Assembly: GCA_963768425.1 (NCBI GenBank)
Contig: CAVYHV010000001.1
Span: forward strand, 1 to 47,546
Direction of reading: 5' to 3'
Length of the DNA stretch: 47,546 nucleotides
DNA from: Candidatus Bathyarchaeota archaeon
GTDB taxonomy: Archaea; Thermoproteota; Bathyarchaeia; Bathyarchaeales; Bathycorpusculaceae
The notes beneath the pieces are model-generated. The model was not told where the DNA came from and searched no databases. It saw only the letters and a list, made by a program, of their open reading frames with translations. Shown one piece after another: positions 28,628 through 40,366 of this stretch. The position numbers and the translations under genes were made by a program. The first letter of the stretch is position 1; every line of letters begins with the position of its first letter.

Positions 28628-31440
28628 ATGTCTATGACGGATAAAACGTTCCCGGCGGAAGCTTATGCCCTTCCATTCTTCAAGGAAGAAGGCTTCGTTC
28701 GCAAACATTGCCCAAAATGCGGCGAATTGTACTGGACCCAAAACCAAAGTCAAGAGACCTGCGGCGAATCCAGCTCGGACGAATGCGGATTCTACACTTT
28801 CATCAACAACCCAGCAACCAAGAAGAGCTTCACGCTGCCCGAGATGAGGGAGGCATTTCTCAGCTTCTTTGAAAAGAATGGGCACACGCGCATTAAGCCT
28901 TACCCTGTTGTTGCCCGATGGCGAAAAGACATTTACCTCACGCACGCGAGCATAATTGACTTTCAACCTTACGTTACAGAAGGCATCGCGCCTCCTCCAG
29001 CCAACCCTCTCGTTATCTCCCAGCCATCCATCAGGCTAACCGACATTTCCAACACCGGACCAACTTTTGGAAGACACCTAACAATCTTTGAAATGGGAGG
29101 AGCGCACGCATTCAACTACCCAGACAAAGAAGTCTACTGGAAAAACGACACCGTACGATTTCACCACCGCTTCGCAACCGAAGCACTCGGAATAAAATCC
29201 GAGGAAGTTATCTACAAGGAGGGTGTGTGGATTGGCGGAGGCAACGCCGGACCCGACGTTGAATGCATCGTCCGCGGTTTAGAAGTCGGCACATTGGTTT
29301 TCATGCAGTACAAGGTTGTGGGCAACGACTTCGTAGAGTTGCCTATCCGCACCGTTGACACGGGATACGGGATTGACCGTTTCGCATGGATAAGCCAAGG
29401 CGTCCCAAGTGCTTTTCAAGCGATCTATGGAGAAATGATCGACAAAGTCTATGCGATGGCAGGCTTAACCAACGTTGACAACGACTTTTTGGCTCAGGTA
29501 GCGAAGTATTCGGGTTTAGTTAGCGTTGACAAAACCGCAAACAGGATGGTTACAAGAAGACGCGTTGCTGAACTTTCAGGTATCAACCTCAAGACATTGG
29601 AGAGTGTGCTTGTGCCAATTGAAAATGCTTGGGCAGTCACGGACCACACCAAAACTCTCAGCTTCATGCTGAGCGAAGGAGTCGTTCCATCCAACATTCA
29701 AGAAGGCTACCTTGCTAGGCTCCTGTTCCGAAGAGTTTACCGTCTACTGCGAACCCTGAACATGAATCCAGCTAGACTCTACGACATTGTGGACATGCAG
29801 GTTGATTACTGGGGGAAAGACTTCCCACACATCAAAGAAATGCAAAACGAAATTGTTGAAATGCTCAAGGTGGAGGAAGAAAAATTCCAAGATACTCTTG
29901 TTCGCGGCGAAGGCATGGTTAAACGCATAGCCGGCGAGCTTAAAGCGAAAGGCAATTCCAAAATTCCCGAGACCATCCTTTCGGAACTTTATGACTCCCA
30001 TGGGCTTCCACCTGAAATCGTAAAACAAGCAGCTGAAAAGGAGGGCGTTCAGGTTGAGGTTCCCGAAAACTTCTACGCGCTAATCGCTAATCGTCATATG
30101 GCGGCATCCAAGCCCGCTGAGGAGGAAGAGGCGCAGGGTGAAAGAATGTTGCAGAAAGGCGCTGAACAACTGCCCCCAACCGAGACCCTTTACTACGCAG
30201 ATACTTACCTGCGGGAATTCAACGCTAAAGTCCTCAAAATAATCAACGATGTCTACGTTGTGCTGGATCAAACATGTCTCTACCCCGAAGGAGGGGCCAA
30301 CCCGCCGACCACGGATGGATAACAGCAGGCAACGAAAAATACGAAGTGGTAGACACCCAGAAAATCGGCAAAGTCATCGTTCACAAACTAGACTCGGCGC
30401 CAACGTTCAAGGAAGGCAGTTTCGTCCACGGCGTTCTCGACTGGGACAGGCGCTACTCATTGATGAAGGCACATACTGTTACACACCTCATTAACGGCGC
30501 GGCAAGACGGGTTCTCGGGGAACACGTTTGGCAGTCAGGAACCCAAAAAGGCTTGGAAACTTCACGTCTCGACATCACCCATTACCGCAGACTAACTCAA
30601 GAGGAAATCCACAAAATAGAACAGCTGGCAAACCAAGCTATTGTCGCCGACATTAAAGTGACCATAAAATGGTATCCCCGCAATGAGGCAGAATCACTTT
30701 ATGGCTTTAGACTCTATCAGGGCGGCGCCGTTCCAGGAAAAGACATCCGTGTCGTAAGAACGGGCGATTGGGATGTGGAAGCATGCGCTGGAACACACCT
30801 GCGAAGCACTCTAGAAGTTGGCTACGTGAAAATCATTTATACTGAACGTGTGCAAGACGGGGTTGAACGTTTAGGCTACGCAGTCGGGTTAGAAGCAGTC
30901 AAAGCTGTGCAGAAACAAGAAACAATGCTGTGGAAGACTTCAGAGGTGCTAACGGCTCCCGTGGACAAGCTGGATAAGACCGCTGAAAAACTTGTCAAAG
31001 AACTCAAGGAAGCCAATGTTGAGAAACGCAAGCTAATCAAAGAACTGGCGGCAAAAGAAGGTGCAATTGGGCAAGATCAAGCGGCAGAAGCAACCTTTGA
31101 GGCGAACGGGGTTACGATCTTTAAAAGGGATTTCGGCGACGTCATTGACGTTGATCGTATGGTACAAACCGCGACGGAAATAATAAAACGCAATCCGGCA
31201 GCCGTCACCGTCTTCTATGGCTCAGATGAGAAAACCTGCAGATTAATGATTATGGCGGGAGAAGAGGCAGTTAAAAAAGGCATTAACGCAGGAAACGCAG
31301 TGAAGGAGTCGGCGCCTGTTTTCGGAGGCGGAGGCGGCGGAAGACCCAACTTCGCTCAAGGCGGCGGAACAAAACCTGATAGAATTGCGGAAGCAATCAA
31401 AAGGGCTGAAGAAATCGTTAAAAAACAACTCGGATGCTAA
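28628..31440 (+). CDS. alaS: Alanyl-tRNA synthetase (archaeal type), one indel at about 30295
   Basis: YPVVARWR, ASIIDFQP, GRHLTIFEM, VDTGYGIDR, DHTK; EGGGQP broken in a G run; editing HTVTH...EACAGTH; GGGGGRP..AQGGG. Confidence 0.96.
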
Positions 31441-31523
31441 AACCAAGCGCATTTTCCTGCTTTGTTGTAGTATAGGTACAGTCACATCATTATTTATGAT
31501 GCGGTACTATGGTAAGTAACAGA

Positions 31524-31610
31524 GGTTAACTCAAGGGCAGGCGGATTGATTCTCCCCTCTCTCTTCCTGAATTCTTGCGCTTGCCCTCAAGTTAGCTCCT
31601 TTATCTTTTT
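31524..31610 (+). ncRNA. Candidate structured small RNA (long stem with CU-rich loop)
   Basis: 31524-31543 pairs with 31578-31597; loop contains TTCTCCCCTCTCTCTTCC; TTTATG box about 30 nt upstream and T-tract downstream. Confidence 0.35.
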
Positions 31611-31748
31611 CAGTCGATATTAATCTTAATGTTGAATGAACTTTTGTTCTTGAAATGCCAGAGTTCTGTTTACATATGCATTTTTTTGTTTTGATCGGCG
31701 GAAGCCTTAAAAGAGAGAGTGCTGCAAGTGTGCTTTAGGTGAAGCGGT

Positions 31749-31766
31749 GCAAATGTATGCATTTGC
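31749..31766. promoter_or_regulatory. Palindrome GCAAATG-N4-CATTTGC, candidate operator of the chaperone operon
   Basis: Perfect 7-bp inverted repeat immediately before the GGTGAT SD and the ATG at 31778. Confidence 0.55.
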
Positions 31767-31777
31767 TGGTGATGTAA

Positions 31778-32182
31778 ATGCGTAGAAGTTTAACAGTAAC
31801 CCCTGAAAACGACAAAAAAATCCTACTCACAAAAGGACGATTCCTCACCGGAGAATCCCCTTTCGACATAGACTACACAACCATGGTTAACATATTCCTC
31901 GAACTAGGCTACAAAGTCATGTCTTCAGCATGGGGCGACAGCGAAAACCCAAACGTCGTCATCAACAAAAATGAGATAACAGATTCCTTCAAAAAACACT
32001 TCTTTGATGCGGAACTCAAAGAAGAATCAGTCGGGGATCAGGTCGCCGAAATAATATTTAGAAAACTAGTAGAGCAAACCAGTTTGGCGGCATGTGGCCA
32101 GACGCAGAAAGAACAAACCCCTGAATTGCCTTCCACGCAACCAAGGCCCAGAGACACAAAAAAGGAAAAATACATCGCATAG
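31778..32182 (+). CDS. Hypothetical protein leading the grpE-dnaK-dnaJ cluster, possible RHH-type regulator
   Basis: 134 aa; N-terminal RRSLTV strand followed by two helices. Confidence 0.6.
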   Translation: MRRSLTVTPENDKKILLTKGRFLTGESPFDIDYTTMVNIFLELGYKVMSSAWGDSENPNVVINKNEITDSFKKHFFDAELKEESVGDQVAEIIFRKLVEQTSLAACGQTQKEQTPELPSTQPRPRDTKKEKYIA

Positions 32183-32210
32183 AGTAAACCAGTGGAGATT
32201 GCCCAGAAAT

Positions 32211-32714
32211 ATGATTGACGACAAGGAACCTCAGCCGCTGAACTTTGAGGAAAAACTTGATTGCGAAAAGAAGCGCTCCGAAGATTACCTGACCAGACTA
32301 ACATATTTGCAAGCGGACTTCGAGAACATGAAAAAGAGGTTTGACCGCGAAGTCGAACAAACAAAGAGCTACTGTAACGAACGCATAATCATTCAACTCT
32401 TAGAAGTCGTTGATGAGTTGGAGCTTGCCGTGAAAAACGGGGAAATCTCCTCTCAATCCACTGAAAACCTGCTTGAAGGGGTAGAAATGACTCTGAAAAA
32501 GCTCAGAAAAGTCCTTGAGCAAGAAGGAGTCACGGAAATTGCGAATCCTGAAGGCAAGGTTTTTGACCCCACAAAGCACAACGCCGTTGCCACTGTAGAA
32601 AGCGACGATGCAGAGGACGGCATTGTGCTTGAGCAAATCAGAAAAGGCTATTTCATGAGGGGCAAAGTGATCAGACCAACCATCGTTAAAGTCGCAGTCA
32701 AAAAATCAAAGTAA
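32211..32714 (+). CDS. grpE: Nucleotide exchange factor GrpE
   Basis: LQADFENMKKR, LLEVVDELE, FDPTKHNAV, RKGY...KVIRPTIVKV. Confidence 0.96.
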   Translation: MIDDKEPQPLNFEEKLDCEKKRSEDYLTRLTYLQADFENMKKRFDREVEQTKSYCNERIIIQLLEVVDELELAVKNGEISSQSTENLLEGVEMTLKKLRKVLEQEGVTEIANPEGKVFDPTKHNAVATVESDDAEDGIVLEQIRKGYFMRGKVIRPTIVKVAVKKSK

Positions 32715-32736
32715 TAAAAAATGGAGGAAAAAATAA

Positions 32737-34662
32737 ATGAGTAACCAAAAAACAAATGAAAAAGTATTAGGAATCGACTTGGGAACAACCAATTCAGCTG
32801 CCGCTATCTACGAAGGCGGACACGCCTCTGTTATTCCGAGTGCGGAAGGCCCCACAATGGCTGGAAAAATGTTTCCTTCAGTCGTAGCCTTCACGAAAGA
32901 CGGACAGCTTTTGGTAGGTGAACCAGCGAAAAGGCAAGCAGCCACCAATCCCGAAGGAACAATTTTTGAAATAAAGCGCAAAATGGGCACAGACTACAAA
33001 ATCAACGTTTACGGAAAAGAGTATAGTCCACAGCAAATCTCAGCGTTCATCTTGCAGAAAATAAAGAAAGACGCCGAAACCTATCTTGGCGGCACCATGC
33101 GCAAAGCAGTTATCACTGTTCCAGCGCACTTCAACGACAACCAACGCCAAGCCACCAAAGACGCCGGAGAAATCGCAGGCTTCCAAGTCATGCGCATAAT
33201 CAACGAACCGACAGCGGCATGCCTTGCGTACGGCATAGACAAAGTTCAGCAGGAAATGAAGATCCTTGTCTTCAGCTTTGGCGGCGGAACCCACGACGTA
33301 ACCGTAATGGATTTCGGCAAAGGAGTCTTCCAGGTGCTCAGCACAAGCGGCGATACACAGCTAGGCGGAACAGATGTTGACAAAGCAGTCATGGATTACA
33401 TCTTAGGAGAGTTCAAACGTCAAACAGGGATAGATATCTCAAGCGACCGAATGGCCATGCCAAGGCTTAAGGATGCAGCCGAAAAAGCCAAAATCGAGCT
33501 CTCAACGCTTATGAGCACGGACATTGACCTGCCTTTCCTAACTGCAGATGCTTCAGGACCAAAACACCTCCACCTAACGTTAACGCGCACCAAACTTGAA
33601 TCTTTAGCACAACCAATCGTGCAAAGAACCCAGCCAACCCTTCTAAAAGCCCTTGAAGATGCAAAACTAAACCCGCAACAAATCGACAAAATCATCCTTA
33701 TAGGCGGAATGACCCGAATGCCCCTTGTCCAAAGGTTTGTTGAGCAAATCCTCGGCAAATCACCCGAACGTGGAATCGACCCAATGGAGAGCGTTGCCAT
33801 CGGAGCAGCCATCCAAGCAGCAGTAGTCACGGGCGAAGTAACAGATCTTCTATTGCTGGATGTTACACCCTTAAGCCTCGGCGTGGAAACCATGGGCGGC
33901 GTAGCCACTAAAGTGATGGAAAAGAACACAACTATCCCTACCAAACGTAGCCAAATATTCACCACAGCAGCGGACTTCCAAACAGCAGTCACCATCCACG
34001 TCCTTCAGGGAGAACGTGCAATGGCAGGAGACAACGTCTCACTGGGCATGTTTAACCTAGTAGATTTACCACCAGCACCCCGAGGAGTTCCACAAATAGA
34101 AGTCACTTTTGACATCGACGCCAACGGCATATTAAACGTGAACGCCAAAGACTTAGGAACAGGGAAACAATCAAAAATAACCATAACCGCAGCTACTAAA
34201 CTTTCTAAAGAAGAAAAAGAGCGTTTAATCAAAGATGCCGATCAATACGCCGAGCAAGACAAGAAGAAAAGAGAAGAAGCAGAACTGCGCAATACCGCTG
34301 ACAGCTTAGTTTACACGGCAGAGAGAACAAAAACAGATTTGGCAGGAAAAATCAGTCCGGAAGAAGGAGGCAAAATTGACGCCGCTGTCACTGAACTAAA
34401 GAACGCATTGGCAAGCAACGATATGAGCCAGGTAAAAACAAAATCGGACGAGCTTCAGAAAGTGCTTCAAGAAGTAGGAACAAAGGTTTACCAGCAGGCA
34501 GCGCAAGAATACGCTAAACAACAAGGACAGCAACCGGGACAGGCTCCGCCTGGCGGAGCAGGTCCAGGTCCACAAATGCCACCGAGCGGCGCGGAAGGTC
34601 CTGAAACCGAAAGCTCAGGCGAAGAAAAAGTAGTTGACTCAGAAGACTACAAGGTAAAATAG
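32737..34662 (+). CDS. dnaK: Chaperone DnaK (Hsp70)
   Basis: [63 protein letters not shown]. Confidence 0.98.
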   Translation: MSNQKTNEKVLGIDLGTTNSAAAIYEGGHASVIPSAEGPTMAGKMFPSVVAFTKDGQLLVGEPAKRQAATNPEGTIFEIKRKMGTDYKINVYGKEYSPQQISAFILQKIKKDAETYLGGTMRKAVITVPAHFNDNQRQATKDAGEIAGFQVMRIINEPTAACLAYGIDKVQQEMKILVFSFGGGTHDVTVMDFGKGVFQVLSTSGDTQLGGTDVDKAVMDYILGEFKRQTGIDISSDRMAMPRLKDAAEKAKIELSTLMSTDIDLPFLTADASGPKHLHLTLTRTKLESLAQPIVQRTQPTLLKALEDAKLNPQQIDKIILIGGMTRMPLVQRFVEQILGKSPERGIDPMESVAIGAAIQAAVVTGEVTDLLLLDVTPLSLGVETMGGVATKVMEKNTTIPTKRSQIFTTAADFQTAVTIHVLQGERAMAGDNVSLGMFNLVDLPPAPRGVPQIEVTFDIDANGILNVNAKDLGTGKQSKITITAATKLSKEEKERLIKDADQYAEQDKKKREEAELRNTADSLVYTAERTKTDLAGKISPEEGGKIDAAVTELKNALASNDMSQVKTKSDELQKVLQEVGTKVYQQAAQEYAKQQGQQPGQAPPGGAGPGPQMPPSGAEGPETESSGEEKVVDSEDYKVK

Positions 34663-34831
34663 CCTAACTTCTGACTTTCTCTTCTTATTTTTTCCGTGAA
34701 ACCTTTCTTTCAGAAAAAAATGATTGCCTTTTGCTTGTCAAAAAAACACAAGATAGAAGGGAAATGGTATAAATTCGAGTCAAGAGCTATAGACAAAGTT
34801 AAGCAAAAACCTGATTTAGCGGTAAATGCTG

Positions 34832-35935
34832 ATGGCTGAAAAAAGAGACTACTACGAGGTTCTGGGAGTTAAGCGGGAAGCTTCGCCAGACGAAATCAAA
34901 GATGCGTACCGAAAACTAGCAATGCAATTTCATCCAGACCGAAACAAAGATCCCGGGGCGGAGGAAAGGTTCAAGGAAATCAGCGAAGCCTACGCTGTAC
35001 TAAGCGACGCCCAGAAACGGCAGCAGTACGATACTCTTGGCCACTCCGGCTTTGACCAACGTTACAGTTCAGAGGACATTTTCAGGGGAGCCGACTTCGA
35101 CTCAATTTTTCGAGACATGGGTTTTGGTGACATTTTTCGTACATTCTTCGGCGGAGGCGGATTTAGTGAGCGGTCAAACCGAGGCAGGGATTTAGCCTTT
35201 GACCTAGAAATAACGTTGGAGGAAGCCGCGCGTGGAACCGAAAAAGAAGTCGAGATTCCAAGGACAGAAAGATGTGATGTCTGCGGCGGCTCAGGCGCAA
35301 AACCGGGTACTCAAGCCAAGATTTGCCCACGGTGCGGTGGGTCAGGTCAAGTACAAAACATGCAGAGAAGCCCATTCGGCACCTTTGTTCAGGTTGCAGC
35401 TTGCCCACAATGCAGAGGAAAAGGTAGACTGATCGAAACACCTTGCCCCAACTGCCACGGCACAGGCTTGGTGCGGAAACGCAGAAAAATCACCGTTCGC
35501 ATCCCAGCTGGTATAGACCAAGGCTACCAGCTTCGGCTACGTGGCGAAGGCGAGATGGTAGCTGACGGCGAAGCAGGTGACCTCTACGTCGTCGTTCACA
35601 TTGCGCCGAATCAGCAGTTCCTTCGGGAAGGCGATGACTTATGGTATGTTGCCATGGTAACTTTTCCGCAAGCGGCACTGGGTGCCGATGTGAGCATCCC
35701 AACTCTTGAGGGACCTACAACTGTTAAGATTCATCCTGGAACCCAGGCGGGAGAGATTTTGACGCTGCGAGGAAAAGGCATGCCGCGGTTCAGAGCCTAC
35801 GGTAAAGGTGACCTGCATGTGCGAATCGGGGTTTCCGTGCCTGAGAAATTGACAGGTCAACAGCGCGCGCTTATCGAGCAGTTAGCCAAAGAATTCAGCA
35901 GCGACGTCCAAAAAGGCCACAAGTTTCGTCTTTAG
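34832..35935 (+). CDS. dnaJ: Chaperone DnaJ
   Basis: J domain with HPD, G/F-rich region, four CxxCxGxG repeats. Confidence 0.98.
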   Translation: MAEKRDYYEVLGVKREASPDEIKDAYRKLAMQFHPDRNKDPGAEERFKEISEAYAVLSDAQKRQQYDTLGHSGFDQRYSSEDIFRGADFDSIFRDMGFGDIFRTFFGGGGFSERSNRGRDLAFDLEITLEEAARGTEKEVEIPRTERCDVCGGSGAKPGTQAKICPRCGGSGQVQNMQRSPFGTFVQVAACPQCRGKGRLIETPCPNCHGTGLVRKRRKITVRIPAGIDQGYQLRLRGEGEMVADGEAGDLYVVVHIAPNQQFLREGDDLWYVAMVTFPQAALGADVSIPTLEGPTTVKIHPGTQAGEILTLRGKGMPRFRAYGKGDLHVRIGVSVPEKLTGQQRALIEQLAKEFSSDVQKGHKFRL

Positions 35936-36053
35936 CAAAAAGCTAAGTGATTAGAAGCCTTTCTCGCAGTTCATAGCGCTTACTTGTTTTCCGCAAAGTT
36001 TATTGTTATAAATAATCATATTATAATTTGATTTTTGCGGAGCTTGATTGTTG

Positions 36054-36753
36054 ATGAAGTTTGAGACAAAAATACTGGAGATTATTCCTCGAACCGCGGA
36101 TGTAACCAGCTACAGGTTCCCGCGACCTCCCGAATTAAACTATAAGCCTGGACAATTCTTTTTTGTTGCCTTAAAACAAGGCGACAAAGAACTGAACAAG
36201 CATTTCAGTTTCAGCAGCAGCCCAACCGACACAGGCTTTATCGAATTTACCAAAAGATTTACCGACCACGAGTACTCGATGGCTCTCAAAGCAGCCAAAG
36301 TCGGCGACTGGGCAAGAATAGACGCTCCTTACGGCGCCTTCACTTTCGAAGGCGAATTCCCCAAAATCGCTTTGCTTGCAGGCGGCATAGGCGTAACTCC
36401 ATTCATGAGTATCTGCAAAAACGCCACCGACAAGCAGTTGCAGTCGGAAATCACGCTTTTTCTGGGTTGCCGCACACCAAACGACATTCCCTTCAGGCAG
36501 TGAACTCGAAGCCTTGCAGCAAGCAAACAAAAACCTCAAACTTCATTTTGTCGTTAACCAGCCTACCCCTGACTGGAAAGGTGCAACAGGCATAATTACA
36601 GCGGATATGATTCAGAAAGAACTTCCCGACTACAAAGACAACATCTTTTACTGTTGCGGACCACCCGGAATGGTTACCGCCATGGAAAAGATGATAGACA
36701 GTATCGGACTGCCGAAAACCCAGCTGAAACTGGAATACTTCACAGGCTACTAA
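36054..36753 (+). CDS. FNR-like FAD/NAD(P)-binding oxidoreductase, one indel at about 36500
   Basis: YKPGQF, FSFSSSP, DAPYGAF, AGGIGVTPF, FYCCGPPGM, LEYF. Confidence 0.9.
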
Positions 36754-36828
36754 CAAGCAGCATTTCCCAAGCCATTTTGCCCACCGCGTTTGAGGCCGTT
36801 GCAGAAAAGTCAGTTTAGGTGTGACGAT

Positions 36829-38121
36829 TTATGGGTAGAATCTGCGAGTCGTCCTAGGGAACGGTATGGCGTCAATGATGTTGTCTAAGTCAAGCATCCA
36901 TGTTAAGAGGCGTTCCAAACCCATTCCAAAGCCAACATGTGGAACAGTGCCATAGCGCCTCAAATCAAGGTACCACTCGTAATCCTCGGGTTTGAGTCCC
37001 TGCTCTTTCATGCGTTGAATAAGAACTTCTTTGTCTTCCTCTCTTGCGCCACCTGTGCTTATTTCCCCGATACGCGGCACCATCATGTCTACTGACATTG
37101 CAACTTCTGGGTGTTCGCGGTACGTTTTGCAGTAAAACGCCTTGATCGCCGTCGGGTAATCGTAAACGAAGAATGGTTTGCCAAAGTCTTCGGCTAAAAC
37201 CTTCTCATCCTCATACCCCAAATCAGCTCCCCAACTCAACGTGGGATTCTTTACTTTTAGTCGGTCAATTGCCTCAGCGTAGGTTATGCGTGGGAACGGA
37301 GCTTTCACTGTTTTCAGTTTTTCGATGTCGGCGCCGATTTCATTGAATTCTTTTTGGCAACTGTCGCCGATGATTTGGCAAACATGGGTCATTAAACCTT
37401 CTTCAAACTTCATTAGGTCATTCATGTCTGCGAAGGGCCACTCCGCCTCCATGTGCCAATACTCGGTTAAGTGACGTATTGTTCGACTTTTCTCCGCACG
37501 AAAAGACGGCGCAATGCAGTAAACGTTTTCTAGCGAATAAATCAGGATTTCAAGGTAAAGCTGACTACTTTGGGTTAGATAGAGGTCTTGATCAAAGTAT
37601 TTCAGGCCGAAGAGGGTTGAGCCGCCTTCAACCGCCGCGGAAATGAACATCGGCGGTGAGACCTCGGTGTACGCCTGGCTTTTGAAGTAGTCCCGTGCAG
37701 CGTCTAACGTTTTAGCTCGCACCTTCATCATCAAATTCATTTTTCGGCTTCGAAGCCAAAGATGCCGCATGTCACGGATGAACTCTTCACTCTTGTCTTT
37801 CGCAATTGGGAACGTTTCCGCCAAGCCGATTATGCCGATGTTTTCTGCGCTGATTTCGTAGCCGCCTGGCGCACGTTTGTCTTCTCGAGCGGTACCTTCA
37901 AGCGTTAAGCTGGATTCAATCGTTAATCGCTGTGCTTCCGCCCAGGCAGGGCTGATTTTTTTCACTGTGCACTGGATAAAGCCTGTTGAGTCGCGGACAA
38001 CCAGGAAAATGAGTTCTTTGCCTTCCCGTTTACGGTAAACCCATCCGCGAACGGCCACTTTCTGATCCTTAACTGAGCCTTCCAATATGTCGCCAATCTT
38101 AGCATAAGCCATCTGCATCAA
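36829..38121 (-). CDS. asnS: Asparaginyl-tRNA synthetase
   Basis: OB fold VRGWV, RHLWLRS, EGGSTLF, LTQSSQLYLE, FRAEKSRT.RHLTEYW, YGTVPH.GFGMGLER. Confidence 0.92.
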   Translation of the reverse strand: MMQMAYAKIGDILEGSVKDQKVAVRGWVYRKREGKELIFLVVRDSTGFIQCTVKKISPAWAEAQRLTIESSLTLEGTAREDKRAPGGYEISAENIGIIGLAETFPIAKDKSEEFIRDMRHLWLRSRKMNLMMKVRAKTLDAARDYFKSQAYTEVSPPMFISAAVEGGSTLFGLKYFDQDLYLTQSSQLYLEILIYSLENVYCIAPSFRAEKSRTIRHLTEYWHMEAEWPFADMNDLMKFEEGLMTHVCQIIGDSCQKEFNEIGADIEKLKTVKAPFPRITYAEAIDRLKVKNPTLSWGADLGYEDEKVLAEDFGKPFFVYDYPTAIKAFYCKTYREHPEVAMSVDMMVPRIGEISTGGAREEDKEVLIQRMKEQGLKPEDYEWYLDLRRYGTVPHVGFGMGLERLLTWMLDLDNIIDAIPFPRTTRRFYP

Positions 38122-38297
38122 CCGTTTCCTTTAATACTTAAATTCAACCCTAAATGCCTATCGATTCAGGTCTTTCAAGTTTCTCTAACCCGATCATCTC
38201 TTTGAGATTTGTTTTCGCTCATTCGAAATGGTTTCGCTAACTTGTGCCCCGCAATTCTTAAATCGCCCTCGCAAAGACCTTTCTTTAGACTGGGTAA

Positions 38298-39704
38298 ATG
38301 CAAGAATCTGTAGATGGCAAGTATAAACTTAGGGCGCTTAGAATTGCAGCGGCCGCGATTTTCAGCGTCGTTATAGTTGAGGTTTCAATAGGTTTTTTCG
38401 TTAACAGCTTAGCTATTCTCAGCGACGGATTACATGCACTCCTCGATGCAGTATCAACCGTTATGCTGTTTTTTGCAGTTCGCGCTTCAATAAAGCCCCC
38501 AGACGAAGAACACACCTACGGACACGAAAAGTTCGAAACCATAGGAGGACTAATCGGAGGCGTAGTCTTGATTGCAGTTGCATTCTTAATTTTTTACGAA
38601 GCCGCTTTAAGACTAACAGGAATGGCGAACGCGCAGATCAATCAAGGCCTGGAGTTTTCGGGTTTCATTGCAGTAGGCTATGCTATTTTTGTCGCTTCCT
38701 TAAGAGTTACTGTTTTCAGAAAAGGTCAGCACATCGAAAGCCCTTCAATGAAAGTAGGTTTTTACGATGCGGTTTCAGACCTAAGCTCAACTTTACTTGC
38801 TCTGGTTGGGTTTGCGTTAGCTACTTTAGGGTTTTATTATGGAGACGCGTTGGCGTCGATCTTCCTCGGAGCAATGCTTAGTTACTTGAGCGTTAAACTT
38901 GTGCGCGCCAGCGTGATGGAACTCAGCGACACAGCATCAAAAGAGCTTGTCCAGAAAACAAGAAAAATCATTGTTCAGCATGACGGCGTCGTCCAAGCTC
39001 TGAACCTGAAGGTACGCAAAGTGAGCTCTAAGATTTTCATTGACGCATCCATTCAGGTTCCAAGCCATATGCCTCTTGAAGAAGCCCATTCTTTGGCGTC
39101 AAAAATCGAAGCTGACTTAAAGCACGCACTAGGAAACGTAGATGCCACAATTCATGTTGAGCCATCTGAAAAAGAGAGCAAACTTGACCAGCTAGTTGAG
39201 AGGCTGGCAACGGTGGATGGCGTCAAACAGGTACATGAAATATCCACTGTTTACACGGGTGGCAAATTCTACATTACTCTGCACGCTTACGTTGATCCTG
39301 AACTCTCCGTTGAAGAAGCACATAAAATCGCGCAAACCATCGAGATGAGGCTGCAGGCAGAAATTAAGCCGCTTGAAAACGTGACTGTACATGTTGAGCC
39401 CTCAGGCATCGCGGTGCCAGCAATCCTGGTTGATGAATCCCAACTTAGAAATGTAATTTATGAAATGGCTAAAGCCATCGCAGAAAACCTGCGGATAAAA
39501 CGCATTGTAACATACGCCGCTGACGGCAAACGGTACATCAACATTGACTGCTGCTTTACCAAACAAATCCAAATAAAAGAAGCCCACCGACTTGCGTCAG
39601 AGATCGAAAAAGAAACCAAGGACCGCTTCGCCGGCGCGGTCGTCACCGTTCACATAGAGCCAGAATGCGTTAATGAAGAGCTAGGAAAATTCCTACCGAA
39701 ATAA
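38298..39704 (+). CDS. Cation diffusion facilitator with three C-terminal ZT_dimer domains
   Basis: SLAILSDGLH..LD, PPDEEHTYGHEKFE; three EAH...HVEP/HIEP repeats. Confidence 0.92.
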   Translation: MQESVDGKYKLRALRIAAAAIFSVVIVEVSIGFFVNSLAILSDGLHALLDAVSTVMLFFAVRASIKPPDEEHTYGHEKFETIGGLIGGVVLIAVAFLIFYEAALRLTGMANAQINQGLEFSGFIAVGYAIFVASLRVTVFRKGQHIESPSMKVGFYDAVSDLSSTLLALVGFALATLGFYYGDALASIFLGAMLSYLSVKLVRASVMELSDTASKELVQKTRKIIVQHDGVVQALNLKVRKVSSKIFIDASIQVPSHMPLEEAHSLASKIEADLKHALGNVDATIHVEPSEKESKLDQLVERLATVDGVKQVHEISTVYTGGKFYITLHAYVDPELSVEEAHKIAQTIEMRLQAEIKPLENVTVHVEPSGIAVPAILVDESQLRNVIYEMAKAIAENLRIKRIVTYAADGKRYINIDCCFTKQIQIKEAHRLASEIEKETKDRFAGAVVTVHIEPECVNEELGKFLPK

Positions 39705-39978
39705 AAACCGAAGAAAGATGAAAGCGAAAAGGCCACTTTTTGTTTTTTGCAGAAAAGTTGCAATTTTGGGGGGCGGCTTGGTTTTGTTGTGGCTTGATTT
39801 AGGGTCAATTTTTTAGAATCTGGGTTGTTAGAGTTTTTTTTAAGTGTAAGGTGTGAAGGGATCGCCAACGAGCATCTAATAGCTATGTAGGTTGTATTTT
39901 TCGGTGGGCACGTTCAATTAGCTTTTTTCTGGTAAGCGGAGTTTTTTTTAAAAAACCGAATTCTGTGAGGCATAAGCT

Positions 39979-40349
39979 GTGGACACGATTGCCTAGAAGA
40001 TTGGAATTATTGAAGCTTGAAGGCTTGGGCTTTTCTCAGCTGAGATAGTGAATGAACTGAGTCAGAAGGCGGAGTGTTAGAAGCGTTGCAATTTCACTTG
40101 GATTTTGAAAGTCGGTCAAGTTGGCAGCCTATCTTGCAGAGTGTCATGAAATACGATGATGTTCTGATGAAGGTTGTTAACCGCTATGAACAAATATACC
40201 GTCAAGCAAGCATTTGCCTGTTAACCTGCGAGAGCGAGTGGACAAAGATTGGCTGCCTAAACACCATGGTCAAAGCCAACGCAATGCTGTTTCAAACAGC
40301 AGTTTTGCCTGAAGTTATAAAGCGTTTACGCTTTGGAAACAAAAGCTAA
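39979..40349 (+). CDS. HTH-containing helical protein (terminase small subunit-like position), frameshifted
   Basis: Joined frames RRLELLKLEGLGFSQ / EIVNELSQK / DFESRSSWQP...NRYEQIYRQA; the fold call is an inference. Confidence 0.5.
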
Positions 40350-40366
40350 CGCGGAGTGCTTGTACC

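Noticed and set aside
30285-30300. Programmed frameshift or naturally split alaS
   Set aside because: The break is one missing G in the run encoding the conserved EGGGQP, a typical homopolymer error
33265-33300. Dna[11 protein letters not shown] in place of the usual DLGGGTFD as a sign of inactivation
   Set aside because: The gene is otherwise intact within a complete operon; probably a lineage variant, and it cannot be judged without an alignment
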